The position numbers and the translations under genes were made by a program. DNA of 63,620 nt, the filler included, from Octopus bimaculoides (lineage: Eukaryota), in NCBI RefSeq assembly GCF_001194135.2. It is 4 parts of 4 records of this genome, joined end to end, with 100 filler letters (N's around TTAATTAATTAA, not from the genome) between each part and the next. Parts side by side here need not be neighbours in the genome. Positions count along the whole stretch, not along the records: positions 19,760 to 42,304 come from NC_068991.1; 3 more parts are not named here. One strand, given 5' to 3'. This document shows positions 25,752 through 37,379 of this stretch, piece by piece. The notes under the pieces are model-generated. The model was not told the DNA's origin. It did not search any database and was given only the letters and a program-made list of their open reading frames with translations. Positions within the stretch are counted from its first letter, which is position 1; every line of letters starts with the position of its first letter.

Positions 25752-26113
25752 TCATCATCATCATCATCATCATCATGGTTAACGTCCGCTTTCCATGCTA
25801 GCATGGGTTGGACGATTTGACTGAGGACTGGTGAAACCGGATGGCAACACCAGGCTCCAATCTAATTTGGCAGAGTTTCTACAGCTGGATGCCCTTCCTA
25901 ACGCCAACCACTCAGAGAGTGTAATGGGTGCTTTTACGTGTCACCTGCACGAAGGCCAGTCAGGCGGTACTGGCAACGGCCACGCTCAAAATGGTGTCTT
26001 TTATGTGCCACCCGCACAAGAGCCAGTTCAGGGGCACTGGCAACGATCTCGGCCGAAAATCCTACGAAGGCCAGTCAGGCGATACTGGCAACGGTCACGC
26101 TCAAAATGGTGCA
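25752..26113 (-). mobile_element. RTE LINE 3' UTR with (GAT)n tail and tandem ~114-bp UTR unit
   Basis: GAAGGCCAGTCAGGCG(G/A)TACTGGCAACGG is repeated at ~25951 and ~26065; abuts a gap. Confidence 0.85.
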
Positions 26114-26213
26114 NNNNNNNNNNNNNNNNNNNNNNNNNNNNNNNNNNNNNNNNNNNNNNNNNNNNNNNNNNNNNNNNNNNNNNNNNNNNNNNNNNNNNNN
26201 NNNNNNNNNNNNN

Positions 26214-26258
<45 letters not shown>

Positions 26259-26278
26259 CACAATTACATAAACATATG

Positions 26279-27854
26279 CTGTGGGTAGCAAAAGTATTTA
26301 GCACATTGGTTTTTTATAAATTTCACAATAAAAAATCATTTAATTTGAATGATACTTCAAATATTTTAATGAACTTTCTCTAACTAAACATAGAAGAAAA
26401 TTGAGAAACATTGTTTTTATGTACTTTTATTGCCAATTTTCAAATTTGACTTATTTAAAACCTATACAAATAATACAGTAAAAAGGGTATTTTAAAACTA
26501 TTTTTAGTTATTTTGATATGGTTTGTACTTCAACCAATCACAGGTTATCTTCAATATATGTATTAACTAAGCACGTAGCTCAATCAGAACATAGTGATAA
26601 TAGGTCTAATACGCTACAGACTGTCCTGCAATCTAAACTTATAAAAATGGCTAAAACAAAAGAATTGTCAAATGGTATGCGACAGAAGGTCATAAAACTG
26701 CACAAAGATGGTAAGGGGTATCGAAAAATTGCTCAAGATTTAAATTTGCTTGAGTAGTTTAGTGCTGTTGTTCGAAAGTGGAAAAAATATGATACTACTG
26801 AAAATATTCAGAGTGGTCATCCGTGTAAATTAAACGAGGCTACTGAACGATATATAGCCATGAATGTGAAGAACAGTCATTTTTGACTCGAAGAGAAATT
26901 CAGAACAATCTGAAAAATGCCAGAATTGAAGTAAGTAAAGATACAATAAAGAGATCACTGAATCGTACAGGCCTGTATTCTACATCACCAAGAAAGACTC
27001 CACTATTAAAACGTAAACAAGTGCAAAACTGTTTGAAATTTGTTAAAAGGTATGAACATGAATCAGATGAATTCTGGAAGAAAGTTATCTGGTCAGATGA
27101 AATGAAAATTGAGCTTTTCAGGCTCAAAATAAATGTGCAGCCAAGTATGGAAGAAAAAAGGAACTGAATGCAACCCAGTAAACACCATCCCAACAGTCAA
27201 ATATGGGGGTAAAAGTGTAATGATTTGGGGTTGTTTTTCTTATGATGGAGTTGGAGAAATGGAAGTCATTGAAGGAAGAATGAATGCTGTAAAATACAAG
27301 CAAATTTTATCAACTCATCTATTTTAAAAGTGCAACAGCTTTGGGGCTTGACCGAGATTTTGTATTCCAACAGGACAACAATCCAAAGCACAGAATTAAA
27401 ACAACTCAACACTGATTCAATGAAAATGGAATTGATGTTCTGGAATGGCCTAGCCAGTCACTGGATCTCAATCCAATAGAAAATTTATGGAAAAAGTTGA
27501 AGTTGAGAGTACACACAAGAAATCCAAAAGAGAGAGTCTGTGAAGAAGAATGGGTGAAACTACCAAAATCTTCATGCAAGAAACTCATTGAAAACTACAG
27601 AAAATAACTAGAGGCTGTAAGGCAGAACAGAGGTTATGCTACTAAATATTAACAAATCGTTTTAAGTACTTTTGCACACAGTCAAATTCGAAAATTGGCA
27701 ATAAAAGTACATAAAAACAATGTTTCTCAATTTTCCTCTATGTTTAGTTAGAGAATGTTCATTAAAATATTTGAAGTAAGTATCATTCAAATTGAACGAT
27801 TTTTTGTGAAATTTATAAAAAAACCAATGTGTTAAATACTTTTGCTACCCACTG
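26279..27854 (+). mobile_element. Full-length decayed Tc1 (DD34E) transposon with long (~175 bp) TIRs
   Basis: TIRs 26279-26451 and 27680-27854 (C[A/T]GTGGGTAGCAAAAGTATT...). Transposase from ATG 26647 (MAKTKELSNGMRQKVIKLHKDGKGYRKIAQDL) through VIWSDE, FQQD-x34-E ([15 protein letters not shown]) to GYATKY* at 27652; disrupted by stops and frameshifts. Confidence 0.95.
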
Positions 27855-28147
27855 TATGTATATATATATATATATATACACATACATACAATTATATATG
27901 CATTTATATACACATACAATTATATATACACACACACACTTACATATCTCTGACTTGTTGCAGTCATTTGACTGCAGCCATGCTGGGACACTGCCTTGAC
28001 AGATTTTAGTCAAAGAAATCAACTCCAGACTTATTCTTTTAAAGCCTAGTACTTATTCTATTGGTCTCTTTAACCGAGCTGGTAAGTTACAGGGACATAA
28101 ACACACCGGCACCAGTTGTCATATATATATACATATATATGACGGGC

Positions 28148-29458
28148 GCTCTGAAATGGTAGTTGCTAGAGTAAGAACAGACTGGGCAAAGTTCAGAGAG
28201 CTGTTACCTTTTGTTAGTAACAAAGGGCCTCTCCCTCAGTGTGAAAGACAAATATGATGCCTATGTACTGACAGCTTTGCTACATGGCAGTGAAACATGG
28301 GCCGTGGCTGTAGAGAACATGCAAAAGATTTTAAAAAATTAAACCAGCATGCTCTACTGGATGTGTAGTGTCAGTGTGCATGTATGACAGTGTAAATGTT
28401 TCAAGACAAAAATTGGGTCTAAGAGGCATCAGGTGTAGTGTGCAAGACAGAAGACTGTGCAAGTATGGTCATATGATGCATATGGATGAGAACAGCTGCA
28501 TAATGAAGTGCCCATCTCTAATTGTGGAGGGAACCTGTGGAAGAAGTAAACCCAGGAAGATGTGGGACAATGTAGTAAGAAATGATCTTCAGATATTCAG
28601 CCTCACAGATGAGAAACTGAGACTTCTAGTGATTTGCTGTACTTCAGATGACATCTAAGCTAAGTAATATCATGGTCATCCATATGTACAGGCCATGCTT
28701 TCCCCTCACACACACACAAACTGTCTTCTGTTAAAACTCCACCAGATCCATCTTCCCAACAATCCCCATCCTACCACCCATGATCCCCACCTGCTGCAGG
28801 CCTGCCACTCTCCTTCACATACCTATCTACACACACTTCATGCCTTCACATATCTAATATACCCCACTCCCAGCTACTTAAATTTCTCTCACCATCACTA
28901 TAGTCACTTCTCCATCTCTAAACGTCTTTCACCACACTCTCATGGAGCATCCCCCTCTATCTCCTTTGTACAAACTTACACTCCCCTACTGTTCCCTGGG
29001 GGTATTTCCCGATGCATCTCTAACACCATCTATTTCTCTCTCTCTCTCACTGACTGTCTCTCTATTTTATCTGTAAATCTATCTCCTTACTCTCTCCCAC
29101 TTTCCTACAGTGGTAGCAAATTATTTCCTCTATACTAAGACACATATCTCCATCCTTCTATTATACTCTCACCTGGCACAAAACCACTTCCCTTGGATCC
29201 ACTCTCTTTCACAGCTGAGGGGTCTTCATTTCACAAGTTATTTGGTGACCTCACTGGTGTTGGTGCCATGTGAAATGCACCAATGTTTGTTCCACATAAA
29301 AAACACCCAGTCCATTCTGTAAAGTGGCTGGCACTAGGAAAGGCATCCAACTGTAGAAACCATGCCAAAGCAGAAAATGGAGGCCGGCGCAGCTCTCCAG
29401 CTTGCCAGTTGCTGTCCAACTCATGTCAGCATCAAAGACAGACTCTAAATGATGATGA
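28148..29458 (+). mobile_element. Older RTE-clade LINE 3' part with long 3' UTR
   Basis: Decayed ARVRTDWAKFRELLP...LLHGSETWAV...YGHMMHMDENSC...GRSKPRKMW, then a UTR ending in GGAAAGGCATCCAACTGTAGAA...TAAATGATGATGA. Confidence 0.8.
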
Positions 29459-29472
29459 ATTATACATTTATA

Positions 29473-29829
29473 GGTGCAGGCATGGCTGTGTGGTAAGAAA
29501 CTTGCTTCCCAACCACAATAGTTCTAGGTTCAGTCCCACTGCATGGCACCTTGGGTCAACCAAAGCCATGTGAGTAGATTTAGTAAATGGAAACTGAAAA
29601 AAGCCCATCATATACATGTGTGTGTGTGTGTGTGTGTATGTGTGTGAGCATGTCTATGTGTCTTTGTCTGTGCCCCCATCCCGCTTGAAAACCAGTGTTG
29701 ATGTGTTTGCGTTCCTGTAACTTAGCGGCTTGGTAGACTTAAAAATGAATACTGGGACAATTCATTCATTAAAAATTCAAGGCAGTGCTCCAATATGGCT
29801 GCAGTCTAATGACTGAAACAAGTAAAAGA
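29473..29829 (+). mobile_element. SINE family A, diverged copy
   Basis: Head GCATGGCTGTGTGGTAAGAAAC; 3' end GCAGTCTAATGACTGAAACAAG. Confidence 0.85.
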
Positions 29830-29936
29830 TATTAAGTATATGTACATACATATGCATTTACATTGATATACATGTTTACATACATCCATATACATATTTA
29901 TATACATACAAACACGAACATATGGATATATATATA

Positions 29937-30324
29937 CTCTTTTACTTGTTTCAGTCATTTGACTGCGGCCATGCTGGAGCATCGCCTTTAGTCGAGAAAA
30001 TCGACCCCATGACTTATTCTTTGTAAGCCTAGTACTTATTCTATCGGTCTCTTTTTGCCAAACCGCTAAGTTACGGGGATGTAAACACACCAGCATTGGT
30101 TGTCAAGCGATGGTGGAGGGACAAACATAAACACATACATATATATATATATATACATATATACGACAGGCTTCTTTCAGTTTCCGCCTACCAAATCCAC
30201 TCACAAGGCTTTGGTCGGCCAGAGGCTATAGTAGAAGAGACTTGCCCAAAGTGCCACGCAGTGGGACTGAACCCAGAACCATGTGGTTGGTAAGCAAGCT
30301 ACTTACCACACAGCCACTCCTGCG

Positions 30325-30327
<3 letters not shown>
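29937..30327 (-). mobile_element. SINE family A, young full copy
   Basis: Reverse complement closely matches 10866-11285. Confidence 0.9.
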
Positions 30328-30412
<85 letters not shown>

Positions 30413-30932
30413 TATAGACTAATACAATTGGGAAATTTATATAGAGAAAGCACTTGAGAACTTTAAAATTTATGAACACATTTTAACATGAAAAATAGCA
30501 ATGGGTAAGTTTCACCGAAACTCCGCTAAATGCAAGCAGATTGGAGACAGAAAAAAAAATCTCTCATTGAGGGAATCATAAAAGAATTTGAAAATCAGCA
30601 ACAGAAAATATCTATGAATCTACAGAAGATGGAGTGTTTTGTCAGAGATAGACATATACTGTAAATTCAATTTGTAAGCAGCAGAGTAAAACTATACCAA
30701 GGTTTTTCAATGTTTAATGCAACTCTACATAGTTATTGCCCTTTCAAACATCATGATGAGGGCCTTATATTATGAAAATGAAAGCAGAAATACAGACGTG
30801 TGCACACATGGTCCCCAACCAACCCAAGTCGACTTTATCATACTGACTAACATTTTATACAGGAAATATCTTTTTGAATAACTGATTATGCTTAGAAATT
30901 AAATAATGAAAATAAGAAATTGTAAAACTTAC

Positions 30933-30985
30933 TTCCATTTCAATTTCATGTTGTTGTGCCAAAGTTTCTTCATCATAATTTTTAT
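30933..30985 (-). CDS. Candidate 53-nt exon of an unidentified minus-strand gene
   Basis: On the minus strand there is a strong acceptor (ttttttttttgtttctag) and donor (gtaagt). Two frames are open: (D)KNYDEETLAQQHEIEME or IKIMMKKLWHNNMKLKW. No homology recognised. Confidence 0.4.
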
Positions 30986-31187
30986 CTAGAAACAAAAAAA
31001 AAATCACAGATTGTTTATAAAAGAAATTAACTCTTTATTAGATATAATAAAACTCACTCCATGAACATCTGGAATGAGCTATCTTTAAGTTATCATCAAA
31101 CATTGCCATGAAATACTTCATATAACTCTTCTGCATATTACTCATATTAATTATTTTAGTAAAAGAAGAAAAAAATTTCTATGAAGC

Positions 31188-31395
31188 CATTTAAACCAGT
31201 CATATTCAACCTGAATTTTCTATTTGTCTTATGTTCTGACCAGATCCAGTCTTCCACACCTGCCATACAACATCATTCTAAAAATAAACAATTACATGGT
31301 TGAAATCTCAAAGCTGTGAAATAATGCATAGTTCAAAACAATGTGAATAAATAAGCATTACACCTGACAGAGTAATCTGAATGCTCAAGGGTTAA
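31188..31395. mobile_element. piggyBac-type MITE, left end truncated
   Basis: Ends AATCTGAATGCTCAAGGG-TTAA. Confidence 0.55.
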
Positions 31396-31736
31396 TATTA
31401 ATAGTTCTAAAAATAAATTTTGATCCTACTTTAAGACAAAACAAAGAAGATCAATCAGTCCTGTATATCAACATTTTAAGCTCCACTTCTCCACATTTGC
31501 ATGAATCAAAGAATATTTGTTGAGGCAGATTTTCTACAGCCAAGTGCCCTTCCTGTTACCAACCTTCACTTATTTCTAAACAAGTTAATATTTCCTCATG
31601 GCCAGATACGCTCCTGTGGAAGATTGGTAAGGATACTGTTTGTATGATGGGGACACTCATTTACAACTATTGCACAATGTCAAAGAGACACACACACACA
31701 CACATATACAGATATATAAACAAAAAATATACACAT

Positions 31737-31960
31737 ACATCATTATCAACTTTTAACATCCATTTTCCATGCTAGAATGGGTTGAATGGTTTGATGGAAA
31801 CAGTTAGAGGACTCTGTTGTGTTCTGGTGTCTCTTTTGGTATGATTTCTACAGCTGGATACTTTTCCTAACACCAACCACTTTACACAGCGTACAGGTTT
31901 TTTTTTTTTTATTGCACCTGTAACTTTCCATCAGATGAATGAGCTTACAGTTGAGAGAGA
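31737..31960 (-). mobile_element. Diverged RTE-type 3' tail
   Basis: TTTAACATCCATTTTCCATGCTAGAATGGGTTG...TTTCTACAGCTGGATA. Confidence 0.6.
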
Positions 31961-32221
31961 GGTAGCTTTATGCTAGGCAATAGAAAGTTTGAGTATGAAG
32001 GAAAGGGCTCAGATCATACAAGGGTGGGTAGGAGTAATTGGTAATGAGGTGTCAGGGTAGGCTTTGAGTGGGGAAAAGACAAGATAGATAGACTGGAGAG
32101 AGATAAGAGTGTATGGATTGAGGGATGGTAAGAAATAGTGTAGTGGTACAAGTACATGTACAAATACACACAAATATACATATATATGCACACACACACA
32201 CACATATTTAGCCAAAAATAA

Positions 32222-33190
32222 ACTGCTGTACTTGGCATTTGCAGACATGGAGAAAGGCAGGGTCCTCATTCTCTCATTTGATGGTTGTTGCAGAAGCTAG
32301 GTGTAGATGAATGTCTGGTGAGAGCCATCCAAGCCATGTACAGTGGTGCTACCAGTAAGGTAAAAATACAGCAATGAATTTAGTGGGCAAGTAGGAGTTC
32401 ACTGGGCTTCAGTTCTCAGCCCCCTCCTATTTATCATAGTCCTCCAGGCCATAGCAGAAGAGTTTAAGACTGCTTTCCCATAAAAGCTTCTCTGTGTTGA
32501 CGACCTTGTTCTTATAGATGAATCTGTAGAACTAGAAATGTAATTCCAGGCGAGGAAGCAAAATTTGGAATCAAAAGGCCTTAAGGTTAACTTAGCAAAA
32601 GACCCATGTTCTAGTAAGTAGGAAAACAGATAAACCCCAAATCTCTTCAAGAAAATGGCCCTATCCAATATGTAGAAAAAGTGTAGGTAGAAACTACATA
32701 CAGCGTACTCAGTGCAAATTGTGGACACATAAGAGAGGTGTAGTGGAATCATGGAAAAGGCTAACAGTAAAAGTAGGCTTTGTGTGTGGAAAATGCACAG
32801 AAACAATACAAAGTAAGAACATACAGGAAATAGATTTTCTTAAATGTCCAAGAGGTAGCAGATAACTTTTGTTACTAAGGTGGTCAGATTAGCAATGGGT
32901 CATGAACGCAGAGTACAAGCTAAAAAGAAATAAAGCTAGCATGCTCTGCTCAATGTGCAACATCAATATGCATATACAACAAAGTACAAATGTGTTGAGA
33001 GAAAAATTGGGCATAAGTGGCATCAAATGTAGTGTGCAAGAGAGAACACTGAGCTGGAGTGGTCATATGATGCACACGGATGAGGACAGTTGCATAAAGA
33101 AATGCAACTTGCAAAATGTGGGTGGAACTGTGGAAGAAGGAAACCCAGAGAGACATGGGACGAAGTAGTGAAGAATGACCTTCCAGTTTA
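32222..33190 (+). mobile_element. Older RTE-clade LINE RT-domain fragment
   Basis: LAFADMEK..., GVH..SVLSPLLFIIVLQAI, KLLCVDDLVLI (decayed YADD box), then LREKLGISGIKCSVQERTLSWSGHMMH; many frameshifts. Confidence 0.85.
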
Positions 33191-34317
33191 TGTTGGTGCA
33201 AAGTGTTAAAATTGTGTACTGATAATGCTGAGGGTTATTAAGCAAACAGTGGTTTCATCTGCAGAGTAATGAATATCAAAAGAAGAAACAGCAAAGAGAT
33301 TGTTAATGTTTAGTGATTATAGAGTGCAAAACATATGCAGTCACCAGAGCTGATAGAATGTGCATTAGAGAACAATTGCCGTGTGTTTAGTTAGGATGTC
33401 TCAACAAAAGAAATTGGTCGTTCTTGAAAAAGTAAAGTCTTCAAGTGTTAGAAGTGTTTCTATCACCTTTGAAATATTGAAAGTAAAAATATTTGGCAGG
33501 GCTAGAAAAGTTGTCCTTCTTGGGAAGAGAACATCACATGAGACAGATCTCTAGAGAAAGATTGAAAAGCATATTAGCTAGTTTTAGAGCACAGAGATAC
33601 AATCAGAACCAGTCCACCTGTGGGCAACTGTCCATATATGAAGGTGAAACAGGTAGAAAGGAAGCTAGTTTTGGAGCAAGTTATGCAGCTAGAAGCAAAA
33701 CAGACAACAAATTCAGGGTTACCAGCATTTCCCAGAACTATCCTGTTTGAGTAATGACAACAGGAGACGAGCAGGTGGGATTGTTAAAACGTCAGGAAAA
33801 AATGCTTTGTGACATTTATACTGGCTCTTTACATTCTATGTTCAAATCCTGCCAGGGTCGATAAAAAAATACGAGTCGTGTACAGGAGTTGATGGTCTCG
33901 ATTAATCCCTTCTATCCACACAGAATCCCTGGTATTGTGCCTAAATCAGAAGCCATTTCGACTCTGCCTTTCATCTCTTTCAGGGTTGATAAACTAAATA
34001 CCAGCTGATCACTGGGGTCGAGGAAAACGATTTGCCTGTCCCCAAAAATTTCAGGTCTTCTACTGATAGTAGTTTTTTCCACTACAGGCACTAAAGCGTG
34101 AAATTTGGAGAATTCATTACGTCGAATAGTATTCGAATAGTTCCTTCTCCTAAAATTTCAGGCCTTGTACCTATAGTAGAAAAGATTATTATTATTGAGT
34201 AAGAGAACAATGCATGCCATCAAAATGACACTTGTAAAATATACGAAGCCCAGTATACCCATCATGGCTACCCATTTGATAAGGGTACACCAAACACGTG
34301 CATTACAACCATATATG

Positions 34318-34318
<1 letters not shown>

Positions 34319-34380
<62 letters not shown>
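34319..34380. repeat. (ATT)n microsatellite
   Basis: Directly visible; a similar (AAT)n tract is at 9929-9982. Confidence 0.95.
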
Positions 34381-34381
<1 letters not shown>

Positions 34382-34386
34382 AATAA

Positions 34387-34612
34387 GAAGGCAGCGAGCT
34401 GGCAGAACCGTTAGTATGTAGGACAAAATAATTAGAGACATTCCGTCCGTCCTTACGTTCCAAGTTCAAAATGCACCGAAATCGACTTCGCTTTTCATCC
34501 TTCCGAGGTCGATGAAATACGTACCAGTCAAGTACTGCAGTCAATGTCATCGGCTAGCCCCCACTCCCCAAAAATTTCAAGCCTTGTACCTATAGTAGAA
34601 AGGATCATTATT
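34387..34612 (+). mobile_element. SINE family B (AAGGCRGCGAGCTGGCAGAA head), representative copy
   Basis: Head, GTTCAAA box, GTCGAC...CTTTTCATCC...GTCGAT body and an (ATT)n tail. Other copies lie at ~520-715, 8715-8885, 9735-9930(-), 33765-34195 (two), 42780-43430(-, three), 44621-44790, 46988-47210, 49385-49585(-), 52500-52700 and 55609-55825. Confidence 0.85.
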
Positions 34613-35990
34613 ATTACTACTTCGCGTCTATATCGACTTTTTCCATCATTTCTCAAACCATCCAAACAAGATTGTTGAAAGACTAGAAAACAAACAAAAA
34701 GCAAAACACAAAGACGTTCTTTGTTCTCCTAGATAGATTTACCCGTGCTGTAAATCCTATTATTCACTCAATGTAGATGCCAATGAACGACTAGATGGTT
34801 AGTAGCAGGGATGTAACTTAGAGAATCGCATTGCTCACTAGTTTATTTAGGACTTTTAAGATGCAGTTTTTTTTTAATAAACATTTATTACATTCTAAAT
34901 GTAAACAAATTTTATGAAGCTTGTAAATTCATGTCTTGGAATAGATTTGTATTTTGTTAAATTAAGAAACAAAACAAAATGTGCAAAGTTTGAAACCCAT
35001 GTTTTTTTTTTTCTTTTTCTTTTAACTTTTTCAAAGAGAAAACAAAGCAGTAATAATCGCACTTTTTGAATCATAATTCCCCCAGAAATAGCAGTCAGTC
35101 CAATTTTGGACTGCTTCGTGCATCTATCGTTTTAAAGAGTCGTTACTTTTATATTTCCTTGATATTTCCACACAACAAGGCATCACTCACATCATGGTAC
35201 TAATACATTCGTTTCGGTGATCAAATTAAATATTCTTCATTTGTAATATAGAAATTATTGCAGCNNNNNNNNNNNNNNNNNNNNNNNNNNNNNNNNNNNN
35301 NNNNNNNNNNNNNNNNNNNNNNNNNNNNNNNNNNNNNNNNNNNNNNNNNNNNNNNNNNNNNNNNNNNNNNNNNNNNNNNNNNNNNNNNNNNNNNNNNNNN
35401 NNNNNNNNNNNNNNNNNNNNNNNNNNNNNNNNNNNNNNNNNNNNNNNNNNNNNNNNNNNNNNNNNNNNNNNNNNNNNNNNNNNNNNNNNNNNNNNNNNNN
35501 NNNNNNNNNNNNNNNNNNNNNNNNNNNNNNNNNNNNNNNNNNNNNNNNNNNNNNNNNNNNNNNNNNNNNNNNNNNNNNNNNNNNNNNNNNNNNNNNNNNN
35601 NNNNNNNNNNNNNNNNCATTTCCGGTCGGAGGTTGAGGCTAGGCGGCGGCACTGTCGCCGCTTCCTCAACTCTCTTCTATGCCCCAACAATTGCCCAACA
35701 ATTAACAATTTGTTCCGCTCTCTTTAATTTTTTCTCTTTTTACATTAAAAAGGGCATTTGTTGCCTTTCTTCGACAATAAATAATATAATTCTTTTGTAA
35801 TATAATGCTTCTTATTTCTCTTTTCCTTTCTTCGTTATTCTTTTATTCAAAATATCGGTGATGATTTCTCACGAATGAAAATAAATAAAATAAAACATTC
35901 TGATCATTATATGAATTAGAAGTTAAAATGATTGTCCTTTTCTAAATTTTCCAGATAAATCGGCATTCAATGACAATATATTAATATGAA

Positions 35991-36712
35991 GGCATAGCTA
36001 CATAAGTGTGCTCCTCATCGACTTTGTTTCCTCATAACTTCCAGAAAATGGATATTTTATATGAAATTTTCTATAAATACGTTTCAGATAGTGTAGATTC
36101 CGATTATATGGGAATTTGTTGTGGATTTTTTTTTCCTGAGTTTGGGAGAGGAGTTTCCGAAAATTCACACGTGTTGGCTTTGTTTCCTCATAACTTTCTA
36201 AAAAATGGGTATTTTTTAATGAAATTTTCTACAAATACCTTTCAGAGTGTGTAGATTACAATTACATTGGAATCTAATACGAAAAAAAAATTATTGTTGG
36301 GCGCGTACACATACATACTGATACACATCACATGTATCTTCAAATGAAACTTGAAATTTCGGGAAAAAAATTGTCATGTATGTCAGTATGTATGCGCACT
36401 TCCACCATTTCTTCCCCCACATTAAATTATGATATAATCTTAAGCTACACATCTTGAGAGATATTGATTGAAAATTTCATTAAAAAATACCCGTTTTTCC
36501 TGAAACTTATGAGGACATAAAATCAACTTGTATGAACTTCCCGAAACTCCTCTCCCCACCCCCGGAAAAAATTTTCCACAACAAATTCTGATATAATCGA
36601 AATCTACACCATCTGAAGAGTATTTGTAGAAAATTTCATCAAAAAATATTCATTTTTCTGAAAGCTATGAGGAAACAAAGTTGGCAGGAGGGCACAGTTG
36701 TGTAGATATGCC
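35991..36712. mobile_element. 722-bp foldback-type non-autonomous DNA transposon with 8-bp TSD
   Basis: Flanked by AATATGAA (35983-35990 and 36713-36720). Termini GGCATA[G/T]CTACA. Arms of ~330 bp each carry two ~150-bp subunits around a ~60-bp spacer. Confidence 0.88.
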
Positions 36713-36805
36713 AATATGAATTTATTTTGCCCAAGCATAAAACCAGAACCTGTATTCTGAGTCCAAATATTTCTTGGGATTGATTTTAAAAAATCACCAT
36801 CATCA

Positions 36806-37030
36806 TCATCATTTAACTCCATTTTCCACATTGGTATAGGTTGGACAATTCAACAGGAACTAACAAATCAAAAGACTACACCAAACCCTGTTGTCTACTA
36901 TGGCATGGTTTCTATGGCTGGATGCCCTTCTTAACACCAACCACTTTACAGAGTCTACTAGGTACTTTTTTTTACATGACACCAACAGTAGTGAGGTCAC
37001 CAGTAACTTGCAAGATAGACCTGTCAACTG
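36806..37030 (-). mobile_element. Diverged RTE-type 3' tail
   Basis: (CAT)n-TTTAACTCCATTTTCCAC...TTTCTATGGCTGGATGCCCTTCTTAACACCAACC. Confidence 0.65.
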
Positions 37031-37379
37031 AGTGAGAGGGTATTATTGAGGGACAGAAAAAGGGGGCTTGCATTAAAGCATAAACATGGCTACATCAGGT
37101 GGAGAGAGTGGAAAGAGAGAAAGAGGGAAAGAGAGAAAAGATGGAAAAGATATAAAGGGTTGGGGGCAGGGAGGTGTATATAGTGAAGTGGACCTGGGGT
37201 TGGAGTGGGTGAAGGGGTGGGTCAGTTCATGAGATTGCCAAAAGAGGATTGTTGATAGAGGGGGAGGGATGTAATGAGTGGTCACAAGTAGAGGGAGGGG
37301 ATATTTGAAAGGTTTAGTCAAAGAAATTGTCCTCAGTACTTATTTTTTAAAGTCTGCTGCTTATTCAACCAGTCTCATC

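Noticed and set aside
25940-26113. Regularly repeated GGCACTGGCAACG units as a CRISPR-like array
   Set aside because: The intervening sequence is itself repeated rather than unique spacers, it sits in a LINE 3' UTR, the context is eukaryotic, and there are no cas genes.
30852-30900. Plus-strand branch point GACTAAC and acceptor TTTTATACAG
   Set aside because: All three frames hit a stop within about 8 codons, and no donor follows.
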